The notes beneath the pieces are model-generated. The model was not told the origin of the DNA. It did no database searches and saw only the letters and a list, made by a program, of their open reading frames with translations. Positions 32,290 to 40,563 of a stretch of DNA of 40,563 nt are shown in pieces. The stretch covers positions 1 through 40,563 of the IMG/VR virus record IMGVR_UViG_3300006738_000023, one strand, 5' to 3'. The position numbers and the translations under genes are program-made. This stretch comes from a virus. Positions within the stretch are counted from its first letter, which is position 1, and each line of letters opens with the position of its first letter.

Positions 32290-32542
32290 CATCATACTAC
32301 ACCGCATGACGCTAATGGAAAATTGCTAAGCGGGTTTATGCGCCTAAGCGATATGCTCAAGGGTTAGTTTACAGAGTTGCGCCATTTGCCAAAATTAAAG
32401 GCAGCGGCGCACTACTACCCCTATCAAAGCACGTTTTTCAGGCAGCGCAAGAAAAATCCAACCTTATGAATTTATTGATATTCTTTAATAATTTAATGAA
32501 CAACTAGCAGACACCTAAACGACACTTAATCGCCGTGGCAGC

Positions 32543-32570
32543 GATAGCCCCGGCAAGTGCCGGGGCTATC
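32543..32570 (-). terminator. Stem-loop ending the tail operon
   Basis: Perfect 12-bp stem GATAGCCCCGGC-AAGT-GCCGGGGCTATC, 22 nt after the last tail ORF. No clean T-run on either side, so termination efficiency is uncertain. Confidence 0.5.
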
Positions 32571-32591
32571 TTCGGGCACAAAAAAACCACC

Positions 32592-32783
32592 CTACGGCGG
32601 TGCGATGCCTTCCCAAAACTGGTCGCTTTCCCACTCCAGCTCCTGCAGTGCCCACGTGCGGGCGTCGCGCACTAGCACCCATTGGCCGCTGATCCGTTCC
32701 CAGCGGGAGGCGGCGCGCCACTGGCCATCGACGCGCACGCACTCTTCGGTATAGCGCCATTGATCGTCGATGCGTACGTACAT
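32592..32783 (-). CDS. Small Trp-rich protein with three xD(D/G)QW(R) repeats
   Basis: IDDQWRY, VDGQWRA and ISGQWVL are spaced 11-13 aa apart. Last gene of the tail module. Confidence 0.5.
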   Translation of the reverse strand: MYVRIDDQWRYTEECVRVDGQWRAASRWERISGQWVLVRDARTWALQELEWESDQFWEGIAPP

Positions 32784-32784
32784 G

Positions 32785-33153
32785 CTAGCTCCAGTGCTGT
32801 AGCCATATATCGCCGTCTTGGCCTATCGCGTCGTCGGGGGGCTGCGCCGAGATATAGACATTGCGGTTGGCCATGCTGCCCACGTTGGCGAGCTTGGTTT
32901 TTTCCTGCTGGGTGTAGCTTCTCTCTGACAAGCCCATGCCTTCCACGGCATCGACCTTGCCGTTTAGGGCTTCGTCGATTTCTTCTTGAGTGTAGTGGTC
33001 GGTAATGTCTTTGATGACCTCGCCAAAGCGGGCGAAGATGCGCCGGTCAGCCAGGTTAAACGCTAGCTGCCCCTCCCCTATCTGGGCAGCGGTGGGCACC
33101 GCGCCGGGCTGGCGGCTTATGCGCAGCCCGACGCTTTCTTGATAAGTGCTCAT
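32785..33153 (-). CDS. Small tail-fibre-like protein
   Basis: GEGQLAFNLADRRIFARF resembles the GELA.N..D..L motif of many phage fibre N-termini. Confidence 0.45.
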   Translation of the reverse strand: MSTYQESVGLRISRQPGAVPTAAQIGEGQLAFNLADRRIFARFGEVIKDITDHYTQEEIDEALNGKVDAVEGMGLSERSYTQQEKTKLANVGSMANRNVYISAQPPDDAIGQDGDIWLQHWS

Positions 33154-33764
33154 AGCGTGGCCGCTTCGATAAACAGGCTATCCACGCCCGCTTGATCCAG
33201 CCCCAGCGCGGCATACAGCGTATTGACCCACTCGGCCCGCCGCTCGATGCTCGTCGCGTATTCCCACTCGATCTCAGCCACTTGCCGTTGCTGCTCGTCG
33301 TCTATCGCAGCAATGGCATCACTCACGCTAGCCAGCAAACCATGCTTGGCCAGCACTAGCCGGGCTTGCCGTGGGGTAATGTCGCTCGGCACCGGCAGCG
33401 CGCTTTCTGCCAGCATGCCAAACTTAAACGGCGGCGTGACGGTCACGGTGCCGCCTTCGCCGTCGTCGATCTCGCGGGGCGTGGTGTCGTACACCGATGT
33501 ATACAGGGTAAGCGCGGCGGGGTCGTCTTGTAGCTGCTGATAAACGCGCTCAGCCGTGCCGGTGCCTGAATAAGCGGCTTCGGCTAGCACGGTGGCATAG
33601 GGTCGCCACTCGGCTAGATGCTCGGCAGTCAGGCGCACGTAGTGCAGGCGGTCGCCTGCGGCGTTGTGGGCTTGTGGGTCGCTGAGGGCGGGGCTTCCGT
33701 TGTCGTCGGTGAGGTGGGTGGGCAGCTCTGCGTTAGTGGGCAGGTGTAAAATGGCGTCGATCAT
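33150..33764 (-). CDS. Tail-associated protein (fibre assembly/accessory candidate)
   Basis: 204-aa ORF with ATGA coupling on both sides. Call is by position only. Confidence 0.4.
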   Translation of the reverse strand: MIDAILHLPTNAELPTHLTDDNGSPALSDPQAHNAAGDRLHYVRLTAEHLAEWRPYATVLAEAAYSGTGTAERVYQQLQDDPAALTLYTSVYDTTPREIDDGEGGTVTVTPPFKFGMLAESALPVPSDITPRQARLVLAKHGLLASVSDAIAAIDDEQQRQVAEIEWEYATSIERRAEWVNTLYAALGLDQAGVDSLFIEAATL

Positions 33765-35248
33765 AGTGCGGTTAGCTCCTCTAACTCAGCGTTGGTTAAC
33801 GCTCTTGGCAAATACGCGTTGCCGAACATAGGCCCTTGATGCATACCAAACGCTCCCGATTGAGAGCTGTGCGAGCGACCAATCCACAACTTGGGTGCTA
33901 ACGATACATCTAACTCGGTTAATGATGTTTTCACTACAGCGCCATTAATTGCGTATGTCACAGTTTTACCTCCTTCCTGATAAGACACAGCAACCCTATG
34001 CCGCCCACCTCCTCCATGGCTGACATTAGTTCCAAAGAAATTAAAGAAACTCGCATTATAATACGACACTAACAACCGTTCAGAATCACTACCCAGTGAA
34101 AAGAAAAAACGGTTTTCTTTGGGATCTTCGATTTCAAAATCAAAAAATAAAGTACCTTCAAATGCATTAAATTCATCACCTAGCAAGCGATATACTGAAT
34201 CAGCAGAACGCGTTGCAGAGGCGCTGGTGGTCGGAATGTAACTGGATGCAGACGTTGCTGCCTCCAATTGAGCGCCCCAAATATATAACGCTGACTCTCC
34301 ATCACCGGCATAACCAATGCTGACGCCGTTATACATAGAGAATTTCACCTGCCCAATGCTTGAATCATCGTCGCTTGGGCATGTGAACCAGCACCGATAC
34401 CAGCCATTGCCTAGTTTTTCAGTGCCCGCAGAAATGCCGTTATGAGAAATAACAGCACCGTCCTCTAGGGAAAACAGGGCCGTGTAATTAACGCCAGAAA
34501 CGCCTTTCTGCCTGATAACCGCATCCCTAACACCGTAAGCTCTTTTGAAATAAGCAGACGCGGTGTGGTTGACTCCGTTACTCACAGGTACGCTAAGCAC
34601 CCTAATACCATGCTCTCCATTTCCTGTGGTTTCTATCACCTTGTCCGCAGTGAGTAGACCGCGTGGCGAAGCCGACGCATTCGCTAGTATTTCGCAATTT
34701 TCCTTTCCCCAGTACGCATTATCCAGCGCCTCACTCCACTGAATAATATTGGTTCGCTGCTCTTCAATCAGAACCCCCTGGGGTTTTCCTAATCTCCAAT
34801 GCCTTGCAATCGTGTCTATCGGAAATTCATGTAATAGGCCATCTGGGCCTATTACCCATTTAGGGGAAGCACGCTGAACGCTTAAAATATCAGTAGCGGT
34901 TATCGTTTCTTGCAACTGGCCCGTATCACACAGATATTTTCCTCTTGAAAAATTGTTGCTTAACGTAGCTTGCTGGTTATATGCCTCCCATATATTAACC
35001 TTATAGGCATCAGCCACCGCCTCAACATACCCTTTAGCATCCTCCGCTTTATCCGCATTCGCCGCCGCGCCATCAATAGCCTGGGCGTACTGACTGACAT
35101 AACCAGCAGCGGCCACCGTATCCGCCAGCATGGGGAAAAAGTTGATACGGTGGCCGCCATTAAACACTCCCGTTTGTGGGTTGGCATCGCTAGTGAACGT
35201 CTTACCTGAACCACCGATTGATGGTGGAAAGCGGACTGAATCAACCAT
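33761..35248 (-). CDS. Tail fibre / receptor-binding protein with lectin-like (ConA/LamG-type) C-terminal domains
   Basis: High-GC N-terminal 85 aa, then a visibly low-GC body. Motifs NGWYRCWF, LYIWGAQLE...SSYIPTT and a C-terminal LamG-like end (RHRVAVSY...INGAVV...LWIGRS...ALTNAELEELTAL). Confidence 0.6.
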   Translation of the reverse strand: MVDSVRFPPSIGGSGKTFTSDANPQTGVFNGGHRINFFPMLADTVAAAGYVSQYAQAIDGAAANADKAEDAKGYVEAVADAYKVNIWEAYNQQATLSNNFSRGKYLCDTGQLQETITATDILSVQRASPKWVIGPDGLLHEFPIDTIARHWRLGKPQGVLIEEQRTNIIQWSEALDNAYWGKENCEILANASASPRGLLTADKVIETTGNGEHGIRVLSVPVSNGVNHTASAYFKRAYGVRDAVIRQKGVSGVNYTALFSLEDGAVISHNGISAGTEKLGNGWYRCWFTCPSDDDSSIGQVKFSMYNGVSIGYAGDGESALYIWGAQLEAATSASSYIPTTSASATRSADSVYRLLGDEFNAFEGTLFFDFEIEDPKENRFFFSLGSDSERLLVSYYNASFFNFFGTNVSHGGGGRHRVAVSYQEGGKTVTYAINGAVVKTSLTELDVSLAPKLWIGRSHSSQSGAFGMHQGPMFGNAYLPRALTNAELEELTAL

Positions 35249-36118
35249 TTATAGAATCTCCCGTAGGGCGTAGGAATTGGCGTAGGTGCCAAAGTAGGGG
35301 TGGCTCAGTGGGTTTACCTGCACTTGCCGCGCTAGGATCGTGGTTGCAAAACTCTCTGCCGTGACCTGAGTGCTTTCGGCGTAAAGAATTTCACCGTGTA
35401 GGCCAATCTTGCGTTGGGCGGCCAAGGCCCGCCGGAACCCTTCTTCTCGGTCTAAATGCTCTAACGCAAACGATACGGTGCGCTTGGGGGTGGCGGGGTC
35501 GGCGTACTCGGTGCGGTTGGCATCGCCTGCGGTTTCAAACTGCGTATCAATGTCGTAGCCCCACTGGCAGCCGTAGCTCATGTTGTAAGTGGGTTGCCAT
35601 ACATCCGAGATAAACACCCGGCCTAGGCTGATAAAGCCCGCCGGGTTGCTGCTGTCGTCAAACTCCACGCGAACGGCGCGGGCTATTTGCACTGTGGGCA
35701 AAAACAGCGTGGCCAGCGGCGTGAATGAAGCGCGGTCTTCGTCGTCAAATTCGCCGCCCCAAAAATTGTCGTATTCCCACTCCAGCTCGCTGGTGGAATA
35801 CACCGGGGGCCACACCCGTAGCCAGTCGCTTTGCCACGCTACTTGCGTGGCGGCATCGTCGAAGTAGACGGTAATCCGCCATGTGGCCACGGCGCTTAGG
35901 TTGTGCGCGGCCACCGCCACCACGCCCACTGGCAGGAAGCGCGGCAGGGTAATCAGCACCTGCGTATTCGCGGGGTTGAGCCCATTAGAACGGGCCTGCT
36001 CGGCTAGCGTGGGGTCTAGCAGTTTGCTAGCGGGTAGCGCCGGTTCCCAGCCCCCACCGCTCACCGCCGCGCCGTTGGCGTGGTTGGGCCAACACAGGAT
36101 GATTTTTCCCTCTTCCAT
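35249..36118 (-). CDS. Tail tip/baseplate protein
   Basis: 289-aa ORF in the distal tail block. Call is by position only. Confidence 0.45.
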   Translation of the reverse strand: MEEGKIILCWPNHANGAAVSGGGWEPALPASKLLDPTLAEQARSNGLNPANTQVLITLPRFLPVGVVAVAAHNLSAVATWRITVYFDDAATQVAWQSDWLRVWPPVYSTSELEWEYDNFWGGEFDDEDRASFTPLATLFLPTVQIARAVRVEFDDSSNPAGFISLGRVFISDVWQPTYNMSYGCQWGYDIDTQFETAGDANRTEYADPATPKRTVSFALEHLDREEGFRRALAAQRKIGLHGEILYAESTQVTAESFATTILARQVQVNPLSHPYFGTYANSYALREIL

Positions 36119-36121
36119 TGA

Positions 36122-37597
36122 TTAACCCCATAGTGTGAGTGATACCCGGTTGCGCGACGCGTCCACTTCGCGCCCCACCACCAGCAGGTTGCGTCCGGCG
36201 GTGTACCCTAGCCGGGGTGTAACCACGCGAACTGTTTGTTGAATCTGCAAACCGCCTGCATCCACCACGCGGGCGACCACCGTTAGCCGGTCGCGCCGGG
36301 GGGATAGCAGCGCTAACACATCGTTGGCCGTGGTTTGGGCGTGGCTGCGGCTAGCAAGGTCGCTGGCCACCGTCACGGCATCTGCCAACGGGTGCCGTGC
36401 AAGCGTGGCAGCTGAGACGGCCACCGCATCGCGGTAGGCGTTGGCCAGCCGGGCGCGGCGGGATTCCGTCACCGCCCCGGCAAGGTCGGCTTGAACGGTT
36501 TCGATACGGTCGGCTTGCCATGTCACGCGACCCACCGGCAAGCCGTTACTGCCCGCCCCTGCTGAGTCTCGGTCGATAGTGATAATTTGGTGATCGTTGA
36601 GCGTGAGAACAGCCGCACCGGGCGGCATTAACAGCCCGGCTACCAGCGTTTGGCCGCCGGTAATGCGGTAGAACCCCGCACACGACGCAATCAAACGATC
36701 TAACAGCGCGGCGGTGGTGGTTTCTTCCGTCAGCCATAGCCGCACCGCGCCCCGACTATTGAGCGCCCCGGCACTCTCCAGCGTTACCCCGGCCTCACTG
36801 GCAACTTGCGCCACCACATCACCCGCGTTCACCGCCGGGGCGTTGGCGTCACACGTGAGCTGGCCAGTGGGGGCCACCCCCACGCGGATATACCCCTGAT
36901 AACGCCGCCACTTGCCGCGTGGTGGTTCCCAATCGCTCCATTCACCCGTGGCCGGGGCCACGCTTTGCAGCTCGGTTAGCGAGGCGTAATCACCGTCATA
37001 CGTTAGCGGTATGCCGTTGTCGTATACCGCCGTGACGGTGCAGGGCTGGTCGCTCACTTGGTAAATCAGCGTTGACGTATTCACCGCTACGGGCTGGGCA
37101 TTGCGCACCTGCCCGTAAACGCGGGGCTTGATGTTGCCGCCTATATCGTCGTCGGTGCCCTCTACACCGTTGGGTGCTACGTTGGTGCCCGCATAGCGGG
37201 CTTGGGGGTGGGGCTGCTGCAGGATCTCCACCGGGTCGCGCAGCTTGATCGACACCAGCGCATTGCTAAACGACACGCGGGCCACGGTGCCCTCTAACAC
37301 CGTGGTAAGGCCGCTGGCATCGGCATATTGCAGCGTGGCTTGACGGCCATCGGTGGCGTAGTCCACCAGCCAATCTAGCCCGCCGTCGATGTTGATAAGC
37401 GTGGTTTCGCCGTAGCCGCTGCGGTCGACGTTGATTAGCTCCCCCGCAAACAAACCAGCCCGGTATAAACCGGGCTGCTTGATGCGTGGCATCCATGCCA
37501 CGGGGGCCGGGTCCATGTACCCCGGCGTGCTAAATCGCAGCGTTTCGGCGTTTCCTTCGCTATCGAGCGCTTCGACCGTTAACAACCAATAGCTCAT
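36122..37597 (-). CDS. Distal tail / tail tip protein
   Basis: 491-aa ORF with ATGA overlap to the tape-measure stop. N-terminus MSYWLLTVEALDSEGNAETLRFSTPGY. Confidence 0.5.
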   Translation of the reverse strand: MSYWLLTVEALDSEGNAETLRFSTPGYMDPAPVAWMPRIKQPGLYRAGLFAGELINVDRSGYGETTLINIDGGLDWLVDYATDGRQATLQYADASGLTTVLEGTVARVSFSNALVSIKLRDPVEILQQPHPQARYAGTNVAPNGVEGTDDDIGGNIKPRVYGQVRNAQPVAVNTSTLIYQVSDQPCTVTAVYDNGIPLTYDGDYASLTELQSVAPATGEWSDWEPPRGKWRRYQGYIRVGVAPTGQLTCDANAPAVNAGDVVAQVASEAGVTLESAGALNSRGAVRLWLTEETTTAALLDRLIASCAGFYRITGGQTLVAGLLMPPGAAVLTLNDHQIITIDRDSAGAGSNGLPVGRVTWQADRIETVQADLAGAVTESRRARLANAYRDAVAVSAATLARHPLADAVTVASDLASRSHAQTTANDVLALLSPRRDRLTVVARVVDAGGLQIQQTVRVVTPRLGYTAGRNLLVVGREVDASRNRVSLTLWG

Positions 37598-40563
37598 CGT
37601 GACGCCTCCAGGCGCGCGGCTGCACTCATATCATCAAGCGCGGCATTGCTCTTTTTCAGCTCGCTAATTTGCTGCTTGGCCGCTTCCTGCTGAACGGCCA
37701 CCCCCGCCGCGCCGTGCTGCTCAATTCTCTTGAGTAGCGCGGTTAGCTCTTTACGAAGGGTTTTGTTTTCGTTCAGCAGGTCGCGCACTACATCGTGCTG
37801 ATCGTTGCGGTTGAGTAGCGGGTAGTTGGGCAGTGCAGGCATGGGCAGCTCACGGCTCGGCAACTCGCGCAACCGGCCTGCCGTTTGCGCGGGCACGACC
37901 ATTTCATCCCGGTGAAGCTCTGCGATGTAGTTATCAAACGGCACGTTCCAAAGCCCTGTCGCGTGGCTGCCGTTCACAAAAAACGAATTAGGCGAGTATT
38001 GGTGGCCAGCCACCTCTTTCTCCCAATCCCCAATTTGGGACTCTCGAAGCATCGTCGCCGCCCGGTGCAGGATGTAGTCCCGCGCATCACTCGACAGGTT
38101 TTGATTATTTAGAACGTTGCCTCTAATGCGCTGCCAGTCCTCTTGATCCATAGCCCCCGTAGAGCCCTGGGCCGCATTGTTTGTGACAAACCGGTCATAC
38201 ACCGCTTGCTGCTGAGCGCTGAGTTGATCACTTGCACGGGCGATAATGCCTGCGCTTCTTTCGATCTCGCTCATCATCCATTGGGCACTCGACTGCCGAG
38301 CGCTGAAGTATTGCAGCTGGGCAATTTCGTCCTGTGTTTCCTTCATCCTTCTCAGCGTGCCGTCGAGAGACACAATGCTTTGATTTAATGTCACAAACTG
38401 GCCGGTCGAACGGGTCATTTCCGAGACTAACCCGCCCAGCTCTTGCAGCTGATCACGGGCGCGCTCTTCCAGATTTTGCGTGTTGCCCTCAGTGCCTTGG
38501 CTGCTACGGTTCAGCGCCTCCAAGCGGCTAATGGTGCCGCTGCCGTCTTCATCCAGCTGCTTGAAGATACGGCGCAACTCGGCATCACTGGCCAGCCCTT
38601 GAAACGCGCCGTAAAACTCGCCCCAATCAATCAGGCCGCTTGCGTCTAAGTCGATGCTGTCGAACATCGGTTTGAGGGTTGAGCCGATGCCGCTAGCCAG
38701 CCCGTTCAGCCGTAGGTTTGCTAGCTCCTGCTGAGTGATGATGCCGTCGCCGTTGGCGTCTACCTCACGAATGAGGCGGCTAATTTCGGCATCGGTGGCG
38801 TGAGGTGCCAAGGCGCTACGCACCTGGGCGGCTGTCAGCTGGTTAGCATCCAGGCGGGTCAGCTCGCGGCTTAGCTCTACCGCTAGCCGTTCGTCGGTAG
38901 GCATCGCTGAAATAACCACCGACTGCAGCGCGTCGCGGATCTCTTGCGCCAGATACTCCTCTGCCGTTATCTGATCGGGCAAATCTTTCAACGCGTCTAA
39001 CACATCGCCTTGAATGCGCTGGAACGCGCCACCACTGGCGTACATTGCTTCCCCGGCAGCCAGGTATTGCTCTGCGTACTGGGTAATGCTCTGTAGCGCG
39101 TTGCGGTCGCCTGATTGGGCAAGCACCAGCTGCCGGGCGAACTGGTCGCCTGCTTCGGTCAGGTTCATGCCGGGGGTGCCAGCGGTCGCGCTTTGCTGGT
39201 CTACCCACTGGCTAATGCCGTTAAACGTGCTGCTGAGCTGGTCGTTCACCTGGGCGAGCGAACGGGCATACTCCTGCCCAGCCCGCGTGGCCGCTTGCTG
39301 CGCGGCGGCTTCGTCCTCCATGGCCCAAATGCGGCGCTGGGTTTCCTGTAGCAGCGGGTCGATGCCTTGCAGCTCTCGCTCACGCTGCAGGGCCAACGCA
39401 GCTTGCTCGTCGCCCATCAGGCCCAAGAGCTGTAGCTGCTGGTCGAATGACTGCTTTTCAAACGCGGCGTAGGCGTTACGCACCTCGTTTTCTAGCGTGC
39501 TGATCTCGCCGTTTAGCTGGCTGAGGCGGTCAGCAAACACATCAACGCCGTTGCCAGTTTGCTCAAGCAGGGTTTGCAACCGGTCGAACGGGCCCGCTAG
39601 CTGCAGCAGCTGCACATAGTTACGCTGACCCGACTCGGTTAAGCGGTTTTGCTGCTCCACCAGCTGCCGGAAACCCTCATTGGTAGACGGCAGCGCTAGG
39701 CCCATGGCACGCAGGCTAGCGGCAACGTCCTGCTGTAAATCAGCGGCGCGCTCGGCATCGCTGAAAAACGCCGTGTAATAGCTGTTCTGCAAGCTGGCGA
39801 GCTGATCCACGCCGCCAGCCATCTGCGCGATGCTATCAGCGGCGCGCAATGCGCCAGCGGCTGAGGCGTCAAACTGCAGGTTGAGGCGGTCGCTACTGGC
39901 ATCTAACAACTGCATGGCGTTAGCTGCCTGCACCACACGACCGGTCAACTGTTCGGCATCCAGCCCTAGCCCGCGTAGGGAAGCGGAAAAATCACCATCT
40001 AACACATCGACCACGGCAAGCGTGCGAGTAGCAAGCTGGTTCGCGATCCCGGCGGCATCGCCTGCGTTTAAACGCACAGCCTGGGCGGCGCTGGCCATGG
40101 CCTGCGTTTTCTCTGCGCCGTTGTCTAGGTTGGCGACCGCCCCCACCATGGCGTTATCTAGCGCGGTGATGCCGTCTAAAAACGCCTTGGCGTTATCAAA
40201 GCCGTCGAAGGTTTCTTCTAAGCGGGCCGTGTTAGGGTCATAAAACCCTACGGTGCCCAGCGCCCCACGGCTGTAAACACCCTCCCCGTAGTTTTCAAAC
40301 AGGCCGCGACGCCCTGGGTCTACGTCCTGACCTACGGTGGCTAGCTCGAATTTAGGGGCGGTTTTGCCGCCACCAAACAGGCTGCTAATACCCTTAACGA
40401 TGCCGTCAGTAATGCCCAGACCTAGCACGTTATCGACCAGCAACGCGCCACCTACCCACGGCATGGCGGCGCTGGCGGCACCCATCAGGCCACCACCGCC
40501 CGCCGCTGCCGCGCCAGCAGCTGCGCTGCCAGCAAAGCCGGTATACGTGCCGGTGGCAGCAGC
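37594..40563 (-). CDS. Tail tape-measure protein, C-terminal part (968 codons to 40500; 40501..40563 duplicates 1..63)
   Basis: The track ORF starts at Met 40485, but the frame stays open upstream (GGC GGT GGT GGC CTG ATG) and joins 1..3132. The C-terminal motif NGSHATGLWNVPFDNYIAELHRDEMVVP is typical of tape measures. Combined length is 6039 nt, or 2012 aa. Confidence 0.85.
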   Translation of the reverse strand, partial: AAATGTYTGFAGSAAAGAAAAGGGGLMGAASAAMPWVGGALLVDNVLGLGITDGIVKGISSLFGGGKTAPKFELATVGQDVDPGRRGLFENYGEGVYSRGALGTVGFYDPNTARLEETFDGFDNAKAFLDGITALDNAMVGAVANLDNGAEKTQAMASAAQAVRLNAGDAAGIANQLATRTLAVVDVLDGDFSASLRGLGLDAEQLTGRVVQAANAMQLLDASSDRLNLQFDASAAGALRAADSIAQMAGGVDQLASLQNSYYTAFFSDAERAADLQQDVAASLRAMGLALPSTNEGFRQLVEQQNRLTESGQRNYVQLLQLAGPFDRLQTLLEQTGNGVDVFADRLSQLNGEISTLENEVRNAYAAFEKQSFDQQLQLLGLMGDEQAALALQRERELQGIDPLLQETQRRIWAMEDEAAAQQAATRAGQEYARSLAQVNDQLSSTFNGISQWVDQQSATAGTPGMNLTEAGDQFARQLVLAQSGDRNALQSITQYAEQYLAAGEAMYASGGAFQRIQGDVLDALKDLPDQITAEEYLAQEIRDALQSVVISAMPTDERLAVELSRELTRLDANQLTAAQVRSALAPHATDAEISRLIREVDANGDGIITQQELANLRLNGLASGIGSTLKPMFDSIDLDASGLIDWGEFYGAFQGLASDAELRRIFKQLDEDGSGTISRLEALNRSSQGTEGNTQNLEERARDQLQELGGLVSEMTRSTGQFVTLNQSIVSLDGTLRRMKETQDEIAQLQYFSARQSSAQWMMSEIERSAGIIARASDQLSAQQQAVYDRFVTNNAAQGSTGAMDQEDWQRIRGNVLNNQNLSSDARDYILHRAATMLRESQIGDWEKEVAGHQYSPNSFFVNGSHATGLWNVPFDNYIAELHRDEMVVPAQTAGRLRELPSRELPMPALPNYPLLNRNDQHDVVRDLLNENKTLRKELTALLKRIEQHGAAGVAVQQEAAKQQISELKKSNAALDDMSAAARLEASR
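40501..40563. repeat. Second copy of the 63-bp assembly overlap
   Basis: Identical to 1..63. Confidence 0.9.

Overview
The window is a complete, circularly closed temperate tailed-phage genome. Bases 1-63 are identical to 40501-40563, so the unique length is 40,500 bp. G+C looks high by eye, about 60 percent (not computed). The contig break falls inside the tape-measure gene.

Minus strand, one long late unit in this order: Q-like antiterminator, accessory genes, P4-type integrase, lysis cassette (holin, SAR endolysin, overlapped Rz/Rz1), candidate cos region, then lambda-type packaging and head genes (Nu1-like TerS, GpA-like TerL, gpW, portal, ClpP-like protease/scaffold, gpD-like decoration, gpE-like capsid). 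These are followed by gpFII/Z/U-like connectors, the tail tube, G/GT chaperone with an A-AAA-AAC -1 slippery site, two low-GC morons, a tape measure of about 2012 aa that crosses the junction, and six distal tail/fibre genes.

Plus strand: a CI-like repressor divergent from a Cro-like gene, then an early operon with a LuxR-type HTH protein, zinc-ribbon proteins, RdgC, an ORF6N/Ant-like protein, and a type Ib partition pair (ParA plus a ribbon-helix-helix ParG-like protein).

A plasmid-type replicon sits between the partition genes and the tail module. It comprises a small upstream ORF, a candidate antisense RNA, an IncFII-RepA-like initiator, and a downstream DnaA box with AT-rich repeats. The element therefore looks like a phage-plasmid hybrid that also carries an integrase.

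Most notable observations:
- A 30-bp cassette built of GCGTTA/TAACGC boxes in strict 8-bp register is dispersed at seven intergenic sites, with the largest array upstream of parA.
- Three canonical EF-hand loops lie inside the giant tape-measure protein.
- The CI-like repressor lacks the S24 Ser/Lys dyad, and a single perfect LexA box sits upstream of a 75-aa ORF next to repA.
- An ACAC-N5-GTGT operator family reaches the replicon and the integrase region.

No tRNA, rRNA or CRISPR array was seen. All homology statements come from motif recognition by eye and need HMM or BLAST confirmation.
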